Positions 15,764 to 28,520 of a DNA stretch of 64,000 nt are shown one piece after another. Every line of letters begins with the position of its first letter. Within the stretch, counting starts at the first letter, position 1. The position numbers and the translations under genes are program-made. The notes below the pieces were generated by a model. It was given only the letters and a program-made list of their open reading frames with translations. It was not told the DNA's origin and searched no databases. This DNA comes from Anaeromyxobacteraceae bacterium. Lineage in GTDB: Bacteria > Myxococcota > Myxococcia > Myxococcales > Anaeromyxobacteraceae. The DNA lies in the NCBI GenBank assembly GCA_032654565.1, contig JAULAX010000017.1:320001-384000 (forward strand), read 5' to 3'.

Positions 15764-16513
15764 TCAGGGCTCCGGCCGCTCCACCCGGACCACGGCGCCG
15801 GCCGGCAAGGCCGCCAGCAGCGCCTCCAGCGCCGCCAGCACCTGGTCGAGACGCCTCGACTCGACGGTGAGCTTCACGGCGTGGTCGGCCTCGTCGAAGC
15901 GGGGGTAGCTGCCGATCTCGGCGCCGGGGTGCGCGGCCGCCACCGCGGTCACCGCCGGGGCGATCTGGTCCTCGACCACCGAGAGGAAGACGCAGGCCAG
16001 GTGGAACCGCTCGCCGCCCATGGCGGGGGCGAAGCCGTCGAACTGGTAGCGGAAGAACTTGGGCACGCCCGGCAGCATCACCACGCCGTCGCAGACCAGG
16101 GTGGGGAAGGCCGGGTCCCCGGCCAGCTCGGTCCCCTCGGGGACGTCCGCCATCCGCAGCCCCGCCTCGGGCAGCTCCATGGACCGGATGCGCCGGTGGA
16201 TGGCCCGGTAGATCCCCACCAGCCGGTCGTCGCGCACCAGCCGCCGCCCCAGGGCCACCGCCACCGACGCCACCGTCACGTCGTCGTGGGTCGGCCCCAC
16301 CCCGCCCGAGGTGATGATCCACCCGACCCGGGGGCGCTCGCGGAGCACCGCCTCGACGATCTCGTCCTCGCGGTCGCGCACCGTCTGGATCGATCGCAGC
16401 TCGATGCCCAGCTGGTGCAGCCGCTCCGCCAGCCACGGGCTGTTCTCGTCCACCACCTTGGCCGAGAGCACCTCATTCCCCACCACCACCAGCGACGCCG
16501 ACGGGTCCCGCAT
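15764..16513 (-). CDS. CinA-like molybdopterin-binding domain protein
   Basis: VVGNEVLS, SGGVGPTHDDVT, LPGVP, IGSYP motifs. Confidence 0.9.
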   Translation of the reverse strand: MRDPSASLVVVGNEVLSAKVVDENSPWLAERLHQLGIELRSIQTVRDREDEIVEAVLRERPRVGWIITSGGVGPTHDDVTVASVAVALGRRLVRDDRLVGIYRAIHRRIRSMELPEAGLRMADVPEGTELAGDPAFPTLVCDGVVMLPGVPKFFRYQFDGFAPAMGGERFHLACVFLSVVEDQIAPAVTAVAAAHPGAEIGSYPRFDEADHAVKLTVESRRLDQVLAALEALLAALPAGAVVRVERPEP

Positions 16514-17169
16514 CAGCGCCTCCGCCCCGGGGCGCGCGGCCGCGGCGTCCCCGCCAGGCGAGCCACCGCGGCGGCCACCGCCTCCACCGGCTGCTCGCCG
16601 TCGAGCACCTCGATCCGTTGCCCACGCCCGCGCAGCGTCGCCAGGGCCCGCTCGTAGCTCCGGGCCACGCGCCGCTGGAAGGCGTCCACCTCGTAGAGCT
16701 CGGGCGTGGTCCCGGCGCCGCGGCGCCGCCCCAGCGCCAGGCCGGGCCGGACCCGCAGGAAGATGGTCAGGTCGGGGGCCCGGGCCCGGCCGTTGATCTC
16801 CTCGACCCAGGCCGGGTCCCTGGTGGTGAGCGACTGGTAGGCCAGCGAGGAGAGCGTGTAGCGATCCGAGACCACGTCCTCGCCGGCCTCCAGGCGCGGC
16901 AGCACCTCGGCGGAGAGGTGGTCGAGCCGGTCGGCGGCGAAGAGCAGCGCCAGCGCGTCGGCGTCGAAGCCCTCGCCGGCCCCGCCGTTGACCCGCCGCT
17001 GCAGGACCTGCCGCAGCAGCGCCCCCACCGGACCGCCCGAGGGCTCGGCGGTGACGTGGGCCCGCCGCCCGGCCGCCCGCAGCGCCTCCCCGAGCAGGCG
17101 CGACTGGGTGGTGGTCCCCGCCCCGTCCAGCCCCTCGAGGACGATGAAGCGCCCGCCGGCCCGGCTCAC
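16513..17169 (-). CDS. tmk: Thymidylate kinase
   Basis: FIVLEGLDGAGTTTQ, LLFAADR, SDRYTLSSLAYQ, PDLTIFL. Confidence 0.93.
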   Translation of the reverse strand: MSRAGGRFIVLEGLDGAGTTTQSRLLGEALRAAGRRAHVTAEPSGGPVGALLRQVLQRRVNGGAGEGFDADALALLFAADRLDHLSAEVLPRLEAGEDVVSDRYTLSSLAYQSLTTRDPAWVEEINGRARAPDLTIFLRVRPGLALGRRRGAGTTPELYEVDAFQRRVARSYERALATLRGRGQRIEVLDGEQPVEAVAAAVARLAGTPRPRAPGRRR

Positions 17170-17531
17170 GTGTCGAGCCCCAGCTCCTTGCGGAGCGCCA
17201 GCAGCCGCTTGAACTTCTGGTCCTCGATCATCCGCAGGGCCCGCCCGCGCCGGAACTCGCGCACCGTGTAGCCGATCAGCACGGCCGCCCCCAGCATGGC
17301 CAGCAGGAACCACATGGGGAGCCCCGGCGGCGGCGGCGGCTTGTGGACCGGGAGCCAGCCCCAGCGGTCCCAGCCCAGCTTGACGGTGAGGCCGAAGGCG
17401 ATGAAGGAGAAGAAGGCCAGCACCCCGCCATTCTGGACGTGATCGACCGAGGTCCGGGTCCCGATCTCCTCGGCGATCCGGTCGTGCTCGACCCGCAGCG
17501 CGGCGCGCTCATCGGTGCCCCTGGTCCCCAT
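17166..17531 (-). CDS. Small two-TM membrane protein
   Basis: 121-aa ORF with two hydrophobic segments, coupled to thrC and tmk. Confidence 0.75.
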   Translation of the reverse strand: MGTRGTDERAALRVEHDRIAEEIGTRTSVDHVQNGGVLAFFSFIAFGLTVKLGWDRWGWLPVHKPPPPPGLPMWFLLAMLGAAVLIGYTVREFRRGRALRMIEDQKFKRLLALRKELGLDT

Positions 17532-17534
17532 CGG

Positions 17535-18920
17535 TCAGCCCCCCGTGGCGCGCCCGTGCCGGGCGGCGATGGCGTCCTGCACGGCCCCCAGCGTCGCCGC
17601 CACCCGCACCGCCGGGTTGCGCAACGGCGACCGGAGCCCCGGCAGCGTGCCGTCATGGTAGCCCACCTTGAAGTCGGCGAACTTGAGCCCGTGGGCGGTG
17701 GAGATGACCACCACCCGCTCGCCCGGCTTGACCACGCCGCGGCTGGCCAGCTTCTCCAGCGCCGCCAGCGCCACCCCGGTGTGGGGGCAGGTGAAGAGCC
17801 CGGCCCGGTCGGCGCGGGCCGCCGCGTCGGCCAGCTCCTGCTCGCTGGCCTGCTCCACCAGCCCGTCGAGCGCCTCCAGGGCCCGCAGCGCCCGCCCGGC
17901 CGAGACCGGGTCGCCGATCTGGATGGCCGAGGCCAGGGTCTTGCGGGCCGCCACCGGCGCCACCGCCACGCCCGGCGCCGCCCGCCGCCCGGCCGCGGTG
18001 GTGGCCTGGTAGAGCGGGTTGGCGTGCTCGGCCTGCGCCACCACCAGCCGGGGGAGCCGGTCGATCAGCCCCAGCGCCTTCATCATGGTGAAGCCCTTGC
18101 CGACGGCGCTGGCGTTGCCGAGGTTGCCGCCCGGGATCACCACCCAGTCCGGCGCCGTCCAGCCCAGCTGCTGGGCGATCTCGATGGAGGCGGTCTTCTG
18201 CCCCTCGATGCGCAGCGAGTTCATCGAGTTGGCCAGGTAGATGTCGGCGGTCTCGGAGAGCGCCTGCACCACCTTCATGCAGCCGTCGAAGTCGGTGTCC
18301 AGCTCCAGCACCAGGGCCCCGTTGGCGATGGGCTGCACCAGCTGGGCGGTGGAGATCTTGCCGCGCGGCAGCAGCACCACGCTGGGGATCCCGGCCGCGG
18401 CGCAGTAGGCCGACAGCGCCGCCGAGGTGTCGCCGGTGGAGGCGCAGGCCACCGCCCGGATGGGCGTGCCGCAGGCCCGCATCTCCTGCACCGCCGAGAC
18501 CAGCACGGTCATCCCCAGGTCCTTGAAGGAGCCGGTGTGGGTGACGCCGCACTCCTTGACCCAGACATCCTCCAGCCCGATCTCGCGGGCGTAGCGATCG
18601 ACCCGCAGCAGCGGGCTGCCCCCCTCGAACATCGACACCACGTTGGCGTCGGCCAGCTGCGGGTAGATCCACTCCTTCTTGCCCCAGACCCCGGAGCCGT
18701 AGGGCCAGGCCCCCAGCTTGAACCGCCCGTCGAAGAGCGCCCGCCACTCGGCCGGGGCCCGGGCGCGGAGCGCGGCGAGGTCGTGCTCCACCTCGAGCAG
18801 GCCGGCGCAGCGCGGGCAGCGGTAGATCACCTCGGTGAGCGGGGCGTGGAAGTCGCACCCCTCGCCGCAGCGGTAGCGGGCGGTGAAGGGGGAGGCGGTG
18901 CGGGAGGCGGGGGCGTTCAT
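17535..18920 (-). CDS. thrC: Threonine synthase
   Basis: TGSFKDLG PLP-lysine motif, CASTGDTS, PGGNLGN, STAHGLKF. Confidence 0.95.
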   Translation of the reverse strand: MNAPASRTASPFTARYRCGEGCDFHAPLTEVIYRCPRCAGLLEVEHDLAALRARAPAEWRALFDGRFKLGAWPYGSGVWGKKEWIYPQLADANVVSMFEGGSPLLRVDRYAREIGLEDVWVKECGVTHTGSFKDLGMTVLVSAVQEMRACGTPIRAVACASTGDTSAALSAYCAAAGIPSVVLLPRGKISTAQLVQPIANGALVLELDTDFDGCMKVVQALSETADIYLANSMNSLRIEGQKTASIEIAQQLGWTAPDWVVIPGGNLGNASAVGKGFTMMKALGLIDRLPRLVVAQAEHANPLYQATTAAGRRAAPGVAVAPVAARKTLASAIQIGDPVSAGRALRALEALDGLVEQASEQELADAAARADRAGLFTCPHTGVALAALEKLASRGVVKPGERVVVISTAHGLKFADFKVGYHDGTLPGLRSPLRNPAVRVAATLGAVQDAIAARHGRATGG

Positions 18921-18978
18921 GGCGGGGCGATCACGGAGCGGTGCGAGGGGGCGGCGTTCGAGGGTGGGGGCCGGCGGG

Positions 18979-19518
18979 CTACTCGGTCTTGTTGCGGGCG
19001 CCGCAGGCGGGGCAGGTGGAGCGGGTGATGGGGGTGCCGCAGGAGCAGAGCCGGGGTCCAGCGCCGGCGGCCAGCGGGGCCGGCGGCGCCACCCCTCCCA
19101 GCTGCATGCCGCAGCGGGCGCAGATCCGCTCGCCGGGACCGGCCGGGGTCCGGCAGTAGCGGCAGATGGGGAAGAGCGGCAGCACCGTGCGGGGATCCCC
19201 GGAGGCGCCGGCGGCGGTCGGCTCCAGGTCCGGGACCGTCTCCCCCGGGGCGTCGACCCGCTCCGCCAGCGTCGGCTCGAACTCGGGGACCGTCTCGGCG
19301 GCGACGGCGCCAGCGGCGGGCTGCAGCGTCGGCTCCAGCTCCGGGAGCAGCGCCACCTCCACGGCACTCGCCGCCTCGCCCTGGGCGGTGGTCTCCAGCC
19401 CCTCCAGCGGCTCCACCGTCGCCTCGCCGGCGGACTGGGGCCCCCGCAGGGATCGGCCGCAGACCTCGCACTCGTCCCCGGTCGGCTGGGGGTTCTCGCA
19501 GACCGGGCAGGCGCTCAC
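18979..19518 (-). CDS. Multi-zinc-ribbon protein with internal acidic repeats
   Basis: CxxC pairs at both ends; four (L/V)xx(L/F)E(P/T)T repeats in the middle; GTGA overlap with upstream gene. Confidence 0.75.
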   Translation of the reverse strand: MSACPVCENPQPTGDECEVCGRSLRGPQSAGEATVEPLEGLETTAQGEAASAVEVALLPELEPTLQPAAGAVAAETVPEFEPTLAERVDAPGETVPDLEPTAAGASGDPRTVLPLFPICRYCRTPAGPGERICARCGMQLGGVAPPAPLAAGAGPRLCSCGTPITRSTCPACGARNKTE

Positions 19519-20894
19519 CGGCCCTCCGGTGGGCGCCGGGTGAAGCGGGCGTGGAACTCCCCCATGCGCCGGACCACCTCCTCGATCCGGTCGAGGGGCG
19601 GGAGGATGGTGGTGCGCAGGTGCCAGGTGCCCGGCCGCTGGCCGAACCCGGAGCCGTCGACCACGCAGATGCCGGTCTCCTCCAGCAGCGCCATGCAGTA
19701 CTCGACGTCGGTGACGCCGGGGGGCAGCGTGATCTGCGGGAAGGCGTACATGGCGCCGGCCACCGGCTGGCAGCGGATGCCGGGCACGGCGTTCAGCCCG
19801 CGCTCGACGATCCCGGCCTTGTGGGCCAGCGGCTCCAGCACCTGGCGCTTCTCCTCGGCCCAGCGCGGGTAGGAGGGATCGCCGGGCCGGGGCGGTCGCA
19901 CCTGCAGGTAGAGCACCACCTGGCCGGCGGTGTTGGCGCAGAGCGCCACCGACTGCAGCTTGGTCAGCTCGGCCTGCACCTCGGCGGGGATGTGGCGGCA
20001 CTCGACGTAGCCGCCGCGGTGGCCGCACTCGCCCAGGTAGCCCTTCGACGTGGAGTGGAAGCTGAAGAGCGAGACGTCGCTCCAGCCCAGCCGCGCCAGC
20101 ACCCGGGCGAAGGAGACGAAGCGGGCCCCGGCCCGGTAGACGTTGTCCTGGTAGACCTCGTCGGCCAGCACCGCCAGATCGTGGGCCCGGGCGAACTCCA
20201 GGACCAGCTCGACGTTGGCCTCGTCGAGCACGGCGCCGGTGGGGTTGCCGGGGTTGATGACCACGATGGCGCGGGGCCGGATCCCCCGGGCCACCGCCGC
20301 GGCGTGGGAGGCCTCCAGGGTGGCGCGGGAGAAGCCCCAGTCGGCGGTCTCGTCCAGCTCGTAGGAGACCGCCGTCCCCTCGTAGAGGGCGATGGTGGCC
20401 GAGTAGAGCGGGTACTGCGGGATGGGGATGAGGATGCCGTCCCGCGGCCCGGAGATGAGCATGCGCAGCACCGACTGCACGCCCTTGCTGGCCCCGTCGG
20501 TCAGGTAGATGGCCTCGGGGTCGGCCTCCACGGCGTCCCGCCCGGTGATGAAGGCCGCCACGGCCTCGCGGATGAAGCGGAAGCCCTTGCTCTCGGTGTA
20601 GACGCCGAGGCCGTGCTGGCTGCGGGCGCCGATCTCGCGGGCGGTGGCCACCACGTCGGCCGGGAAGGTCCCGGCCGGCACCTGGTCGAGCAGCTCCGGG
20701 TACTCGGCCAGCGCCAGCACCTGGCGCACCCAGGTGAGCGGCCGCTGCCCCAGCGACTGGGGGTTGCCGATGTTGCAGAAGATGATCTCCCGACCGGCCC
20801 GCTCCAGCTCGGCGGCGCGGGCCACGATGGGCCCCCGCACGGCGTACTCGGTGGAGCGGACCTGGGGGGAGATGTCTTCCAGCTTGAGCGCCAT
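19515..20894 (-). CDS. Class I PLP aminotransferase, alanine aminotransferase type
   Basis: YAVRGPI, NIGNPQ, INPGNPTG, ADEVYQDN, SFHSTSKGYLGECGHRGGY, GSGFGQ. Confidence 0.93.
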   Translation of the reverse strand: MALKLEDISPQVRSTEYAVRGPIVARAAELERAGREIIFCNIGNPQSLGQRPLTWVRQVLALAEYPELLDQVPAGTFPADVVATAREIGARSQHGLGVYTESKGFRFIREAVAAFITGRDAVEADPEAIYLTDGASKGVQSVLRMLISGPRDGILIPIPQYPLYSATIALYEGTAVSYELDETADWGFSRATLEASHAAAVARGIRPRAIVVINPGNPTGAVLDEANVELVLEFARAHDLAVLADEVYQDNVYRAGARFVSFARVLARLGWSDVSLFSFHSTSKGYLGECGHRGGYVECRHIPAEVQAELTKLQSVALCANTAGQVVLYLQVRPPRPGDPSYPRWAEEKRQVLEPLAHKAGIVERGLNAVPGIRCQPVAGAMYAFPQITLPPGVTDVEYCMALLEETGICVVDGSGFGQRPGTWHLRTTILPPLDRIEEVVRRMGEFHARFTRRPPEGR

Positions 20895-20974
20895 GCGACC
20901 GGGCCTCCGGGGGACGGCACGCCATGGGCGCGCCGGGCCGGGCAGTTTAGCAGATCCGGCCAGCCCGGCTCGCC

Positions 20975-23620
20975 CTACCCGACCTGCGCCAGGGAGAGGC
21001 GCCCGGCCCAGCGGGTGGCCAGCGCCCGGGCCATGGCCCGGTGGCCGGGGGCGGCCAGGCCGGGGTCGGCCTCGACGACGGCGAAGGCCTCCTCGCGCGC
21101 CTCGTCGAGGATGGCCTCGTCGCGGTAGAGGTCGGCCACCTCGAAGAGCGCCTGGCCCGACTGGCGGGTCCCCAGCAGCTCCCCGGGGCCGCGCAGCTTG
21201 AGGTCGACCCGGGCCAGCTCGAACCCGTCCTGGGTCCGGCACAGGGCGTCGAGCCGCTCCCGGGCGTCGGGCCCGGCCTGCCGCAGCTGGGCCAGCAGCA
21301 GGCACTGGCTCCGGGCGGCGCCCCGCCCCACCCGGCCGCGCAGCTGGTGGAGCTGCGAGAGGCCGAAGCGCTCGGCGTGCTCCACCACCATGACCGTGGC
21401 GTTGGGCACGTCCACCCCCACCTCGATGACCGTGGTGGCCACCAGCACCGCGAGCTGGCCGCGCCGGAAGGCCTCCATCACCCGCTGCTTCTCGTCGGCC
21501 TTCATCCGGCCGTGGAGGAGCCCGACGACGTGCGGCGCCAGGGCCCGGGCCAGGGTCTCGGCGCCGCTGGTGGCGTCGGCCAGGTCGACCTTCTCCGACT
21601 CCTCCACCAGCGGGTAGACCACGTAGGCCTGCCGCCCCGCCGCCAGCTCGGCCCGGACCGCGTCGAGCACCTTCTTGCGCTGCGACTCGCCGAAGAGCCG
21701 GGTCTCCACCGGGGTCCGGCCCGGCGGCAGCTCGGTGATCTTCGACTGGTCGAGGTCGCCGTAGAAGGCCAGCGCCAGGGTCCGGGGGATGGGGGTGGCG
21801 GTCATCACCAGCACGTCGGGGCGGGTCCCCTTGGCGATCAGCGAGGCCCGCTGCAGCACGCCGAAGCGGTGCTGCTCGTCCACCACCACCAGGCCGAGCC
21901 GCTCGAAGTCCACCGAGGCCTCGAGCAGGGCGTGGGTGCCCACGGCGATCCGGGCCCGGCCGGTGCGGAGCGCCTGGCGGGCCTCCCTCTGGGCGGCGCC
22001 GCGGGCCACCGCCCCCACCACCGCCACCTCCAGGCCGCTCCCCTCGAGCCAGCGGCGCAGGGTGGCGGCGTGCTGCTCGGCGAGGATCTCGGTGGGGGCC
22101 ATCAGCGCCGCCTGCCAGCCCGACTGGACCGCCAGCATGGCCGCGGCGAAGGCCACCGCGGTCTTGCCGCTCCCCACGTCCCCCTGGAGGAGCCGGTTCA
22201 TGGGCTCGGGCCGGGCCATGTCGGCGGCGACCTCGCCCAGCACCTTGCGCTGGGAGCCGGTCAGCGCGAAGGGCAGCCGGGCCACCGCCGCGGCCATGGC
22301 GTTGGGGCCGGCCTCGAAGGCGATGCCGGCCTCGACCTTGACGCCCCGCCGCCGCCGCGCCAGCGCCAGCTGCAGGAAGAAGAACTCCTCGAAGACCAGC
22401 CGGCGGAAGGCCGGGGTGGCCCGCGCCGCCGCCGCCAGCAGGTCGGTGCCGGCGGCCGGGAAGTGGGCCTGGCGAAGCGCCTCGCCCCGCTCCAGCAGCC
22501 GGCGCCGGGACCGCACCGCCGCGGGCAGGTCCTCGCTGGCGCGCGGGGCCAGCTCGTCGCAGAGCCGCTTCATCACCTTGCGCAGGGCCGGGTGTTGCCA
22601 GCCGGCCGGCCCCGGGTAGATGGGGACGACGCGTGAGAAGTTGGCCGAGTCGCCGGGCTGGTGGCTCTCCAGCTCCGGGTTGGTCATCTGCCGGCGCCCG
22701 CCGAATCCCTCGCTCACCTTGCCCCAGCAGAGCAGGGCGTCGCCCGGCTTGACCTGCCTCTCCTTCCAGGGCGGGGCGTTGAAGAAGACCAGCCCGAGCG
22801 GCGCCGAGCCGTCGGCGACCTGGACCTCGAGCATGGCGCGGCCGTTGCGCATCCGCTTCTGGCGGACCGACTGCACCGTCGCCAGCACGATCCCCTCCTC
22901 GCCCACCTGCAGGTCGGCGATGCGGCGCAGCGTGGTCCGGTCCTGCCAGGCGCGCGGCCAGAACTCCAGGGCCTGCCCGGCGGTGAGCCGGCCGCGCTCC
23001 TCGAGCAGGGCCCGCGGCGAGGTGTGGACCCCGGGCAGCTCGGCGAGCGGGGTGTCGAGCGTGATCGACGGACCCCAGGGCGGCGGTGGCGCGGGACGGG
23101 GCGGCGTGGCCGGGGGCGCGGTCGGGATGGCCGCCGCGGGCCGGGGGGCTGCCGGGGTCGGAGGCGGGGGCGACGCCGAGCCGGGGGCCGTGGACCGGGC
23201 CGGGCCCCGGGTCGCCGCCGGGGGCGGGGCCGGCGCCGCGGGGGTGGCGTGCCTGGCGGGCGGGGCGGCGGGCGCCGTCACCGTCCCCAGCCGGGCCGCC
23301 TCGGCGATCTCGGCCGGGACCGCGATGAGCGCCGAGAGGTGGCCGGCCACCCGGATCAGCGCCGCCCGCCGCGCCTCGCCGGCCAGCCCGTCGAAGCGGG
23401 CCACCTCGGCCTGCAGCCCCCGCAGCCGCGCGTCCAGCGGGGCCCCCAGCGCCTGGGCCCGGGTCGCGGTCTCGCCCAGCAGGGCTCCGAAGCCCTTCAG
23501 CCGCGCCGCGCCGGCGAAGCCGTCCTTGACGGCGAAGCGCACCGGCGCCACCAGCGCCTGGAGCGCGGCGGCCGCGGCGGCGGGGGGTGGGGCGGCCGGC
23601 GGCCTCGGGCGGGGGTCCAC
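20975..23620 (-). CDS. recG: ATP-dependent DNA helicase RecG with N-terminal Pro/Ala-rich extension
   Basis: MNRLLQGDVGSGKT, DEQHRFG, MTATPIPRTL, QLHQLRGRVGRG. Confidence 0.96.
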   Translation of the reverse strand: MDPRPRPPAAPPPAAAAAALQALVAPVRFAVKDGFAGAARLKGFGALLGETATRAQALGAPLDARLRGLQAEVARFDGLAGEARRAALIRVAGHLSALIAVPAEIAEAARLGTVTAPAAPPARHATPAAPAPPPAATRGPARSTAPGSASPPPPTPAAPRPAAAIPTAPPATPPRPAPPPPWGPSITLDTPLAELPGVHTSPRALLEERGRLTAGQALEFWPRAWQDRTTLRRIADLQVGEEGIVLATVQSVRQKRMRNGRAMLEVQVADGSAPLGLVFFNAPPWKERQVKPGDALLCWGKVSEGFGGRRQMTNPELESHQPGDSANFSRVVPIYPGPAGWQHPALRKVMKRLCDELAPRASEDLPAAVRSRRRLLERGEALRQAHFPAAGTDLLAAAARATPAFRRLVFEEFFFLQLALARRRRGVKVEAGIAFEAGPNAMAAAVARLPFALTGSQRKVLGEVAADMARPEPMNRLLQGDVGSGKTAVAFAAAMLAVQSGWQAALMAPTEILAEQHAATLRRWLEGSGLEVAVVGAVARGAAQREARQALRTGRARIAVGTHALLEASVDFERLGLVVVDEQHRFGVLQRASLIAKGTRPDVLVMTATPIPRTLALAFYGDLDQSKITELPPGRTPVETRLFGESQRKKVLDAVRAELAAGRQAYVVYPLVEESEKVDLADATSGAETLARALAPHVVGLLHGRMKADEKQRVMEAFRRGQLAVLVATTVIEVGVDVPNATVMVVEHAERFGLSQLHQLRGRVGRGAARSQCLLLAQLRQAGPDARERLDALCRTQDGFELARVDLKLRGPGELLGTRQSGQALFEVADLYRDEAILDEAREEAFAVVEADPGLAAPGHRAMARALATRWAGRLSLAQVG

Positions 23621-23637
23621 CGGGCCAGCCTAGCCCA

Positions 23638-24144
23638 TCACTCCGACTCCGACTCCGACACCGCGTCCTCGATGAACTCGATCTTCTGGATCTCGTACTC
23701 GCGCACCCGGCCCGGGGTCTGCACCGTCACCGCGTCCCCCTCGGCGCGGCCGATCAGGGCGCGGGCGATGGGCGAGGTCACCGAGATGCGCCCCTGCTTC
23801 AGGTCGGCCTCCAACTCGCCGACGATCCGGTAGCGGACCTCGTCGCCGGAGTCGGAGTCCTCCAGCGTCACCGTGGCCCCGAAGATGACCTTGTCGCCGG
23901 CGTGCTTGGTGACGTCGATGACCTCGGCCGAGGCGATCCAGTGCTCCACCTGGAGGAGCCGCCCCTCCACGTGCGACTGCTTCTCCTTGGCGGCGTGGTA
24001 CTCGGCGTTCTCGGAGAGGTCGCCGTGGGCCCGGGCCTCGGCGATCTCCTTGACGATCTTGGGGCGCTCCACGACCTTGAGCCGCTTCAGCTCGTCCTTC
24101 AGCTTGATCAGCCCCGCCCTGGTCATCGGTACGCGGTCGGACAT
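23638..24144 (-). CDS. greA: Transcription elongation factor GreA
   Basis: ARAHGDLSENAEYHAAKE, ISVTSPIARALIG; SD GGAGG. Confidence 0.97.
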   Translation of the reverse strand: MSDRVPMTRAGLIKLKDELKRLKVVERPKIVKEIAEARAHGDLSENAEYHAAKEKQSHVEGRLLQVEHWIASAEVIDVTKHAGDKVIFGATVTLEDSDSGDEVRYRIVGELEADLKQGRISVTSPIARALIGRAEGDAVTVQTPGRVREYEIQKIEFIEDAVSESESE

Positions 24145-24158
24145 CGCTTGCCTCCCCG

Positions 24159-24198
24159 AAAAACACGGGCGGCCGACCCGGGAAGACCGGGCGGCCGC
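24159..24198 (-). terminator. GC-rich hairpin plus U5 between carB and greA
   Basis: 24169-24181 pairs with 24187-24198 (one bulge); followed on minus strand by CCGUG-UUUUU. Confidence 0.55.
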
Positions 24199-24211
24199 GC
24201 TCACCACTCAA

Positions 24212-24236
24212 TTCCTAGAGAACCCGGCGGCTCCTG

Positions 24237-24240
<4 letters not shown>
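24212..24240 (-). promoter_or_regulatory. Putative sigma70 promoter for greA
   Basis: TTGACA-N17-TAGGAA(T) on the minus strand, overlapping the carB stop. Confidence 0.5.
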
Positions 24241-27482
<3,242 letters not shown>

Positions 27483-27539
27483 GGCCGCGGAACCTAGCAC
27501 GAAATGCGTGCCGTTTTCCGCACCGACGTGGGCGCCCGG

Positions 27540-27992
27540 TCAGGCCCCCAGCTTGTCGGCGGCGTCCTTGGCCCGGGCCATCCGGACCGCCTCCAGCATC
27601 TTGCGGACCTTGGGAAAACGCCCGGCCAGGGCGGTCATCACCGGGGCCGGGAAGGTCACCAGCGAGACCGAGGTCCGGGCCACCAGCACCCCGGGGAGGG
27701 GATCGCCCAGCACCCGCCCCTCGCCGAAGATGGCGTTGCGCTCCAGCACCCCGACCTCGACCGCCACCCCCTGCCGGGAGAGCATCACCGCGGCGGTGCC
27801 GTCGCGGAGCAGGTAGAGCCGCTCGTCCCCGCCGTCGGCGGCGATCAGCTCACCCGGCTCGAAGTCCTCGAGGTGGGCCAGCTGCAGCAGGTCCTGCCGG
27901 GCCTCGTCGTCCAGCAGCCGGAAGAGGACGTTGGCCTCCACGAAGGCGGTGGCGGCCAGGTCTCCCCAGACCTCGCGCGGTGCGGTGGGCAT
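27540..27992 (-). CDS. Stand-alone cyclic nucleotide-binding domain protein
   Basis: F-x-PGE-x-I, LYLL-x-x-G, IFGE pattern of the cNMP fold. Confidence 0.8.
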   Translation of the reverse strand: MPTAPREVWGDLAATAFVEANVLFRLLDDEARQDLLQLAHLEDFEPGELIAADGGDERLYLLRDGTAAVMLSRQGVAVEVGVLERNAIFGEGRVLGDPLPGVLVARTSVSLVTFPAPVMTALAGRFPKVRKMLEAVRMARAKDAADKLGA

Positions 27993-28016
27993 GGAAAAAC
28001 GCTACCACGCCCGGCG

Positions 28017-28503
28017 CTAGGTTCGGATGGCCTTCTTCCTCAGCTCGGCGGCCACGTGGGGAGGCACCAGCCCGGTGACGTCGCCCCCGAAGGTGGCCAC
28101 CTCGCGCACCAGCCGCGAGGAGACGTAGAAGTAGTCCTCCCCGGTCATCACGAAGACCGACTCGAACTCCGGCAGCAGCTTGCGGTTCATGTTGGCCAGC
28201 TGGAACTCGTAGTCGAAGTCGGAGACCGCCCGCAGGCCGCGCAGCACGGTGTGGATGCCGCGCCGGCGGGCGTACTCCACCAGCAGCCCGTCGAAGCTGT
28301 CCACCTCGACGCGCGGGTCGTTCCGCACCGCCTCGACGATGAACGCCTTGCGCTCGGCCACCGTGAAGAGCGGCGACTTCTGCGGGTTGTTGGCGACCGA
28401 GACCACCAGCCGGTCGAAGAGGTTGAGGCCGCGCTGGATGATGGCGACGTGGCCGTTGGTGAGCGGATCGAAGCTGCCGGGGGTAGATGGCGACGCGAGC
28501 CAT
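28017..28503 (-). CDS. coaD: Phosphopantetheine adenylyltransferase with a +1 frameshift in codons 7-8 (probable sequence error)
   Basis: MARVAIYP then [10 protein letters not shown] in another frame; [21 protein letters not shown]; removing one base of the 5-nt run at 28479-28483 gives 161 aa. Confidence 0.93.
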
Positions 28504-28520
28504 GGGTGGCGCAGTATCCC

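Noticed and set aside
17100..17140. Tmk P-loop reads GAGTTT rather than GxGKT
   Set aside because: The rest of the enzyme is intact and I recall this variant in other thymidylate kinases; not evidence of inactivation
23641..23659. Tandem CTCCGA hexamers at the greA 3' end
   Set aside because: Encodes a short SESESE tail; too short to imply phase variation
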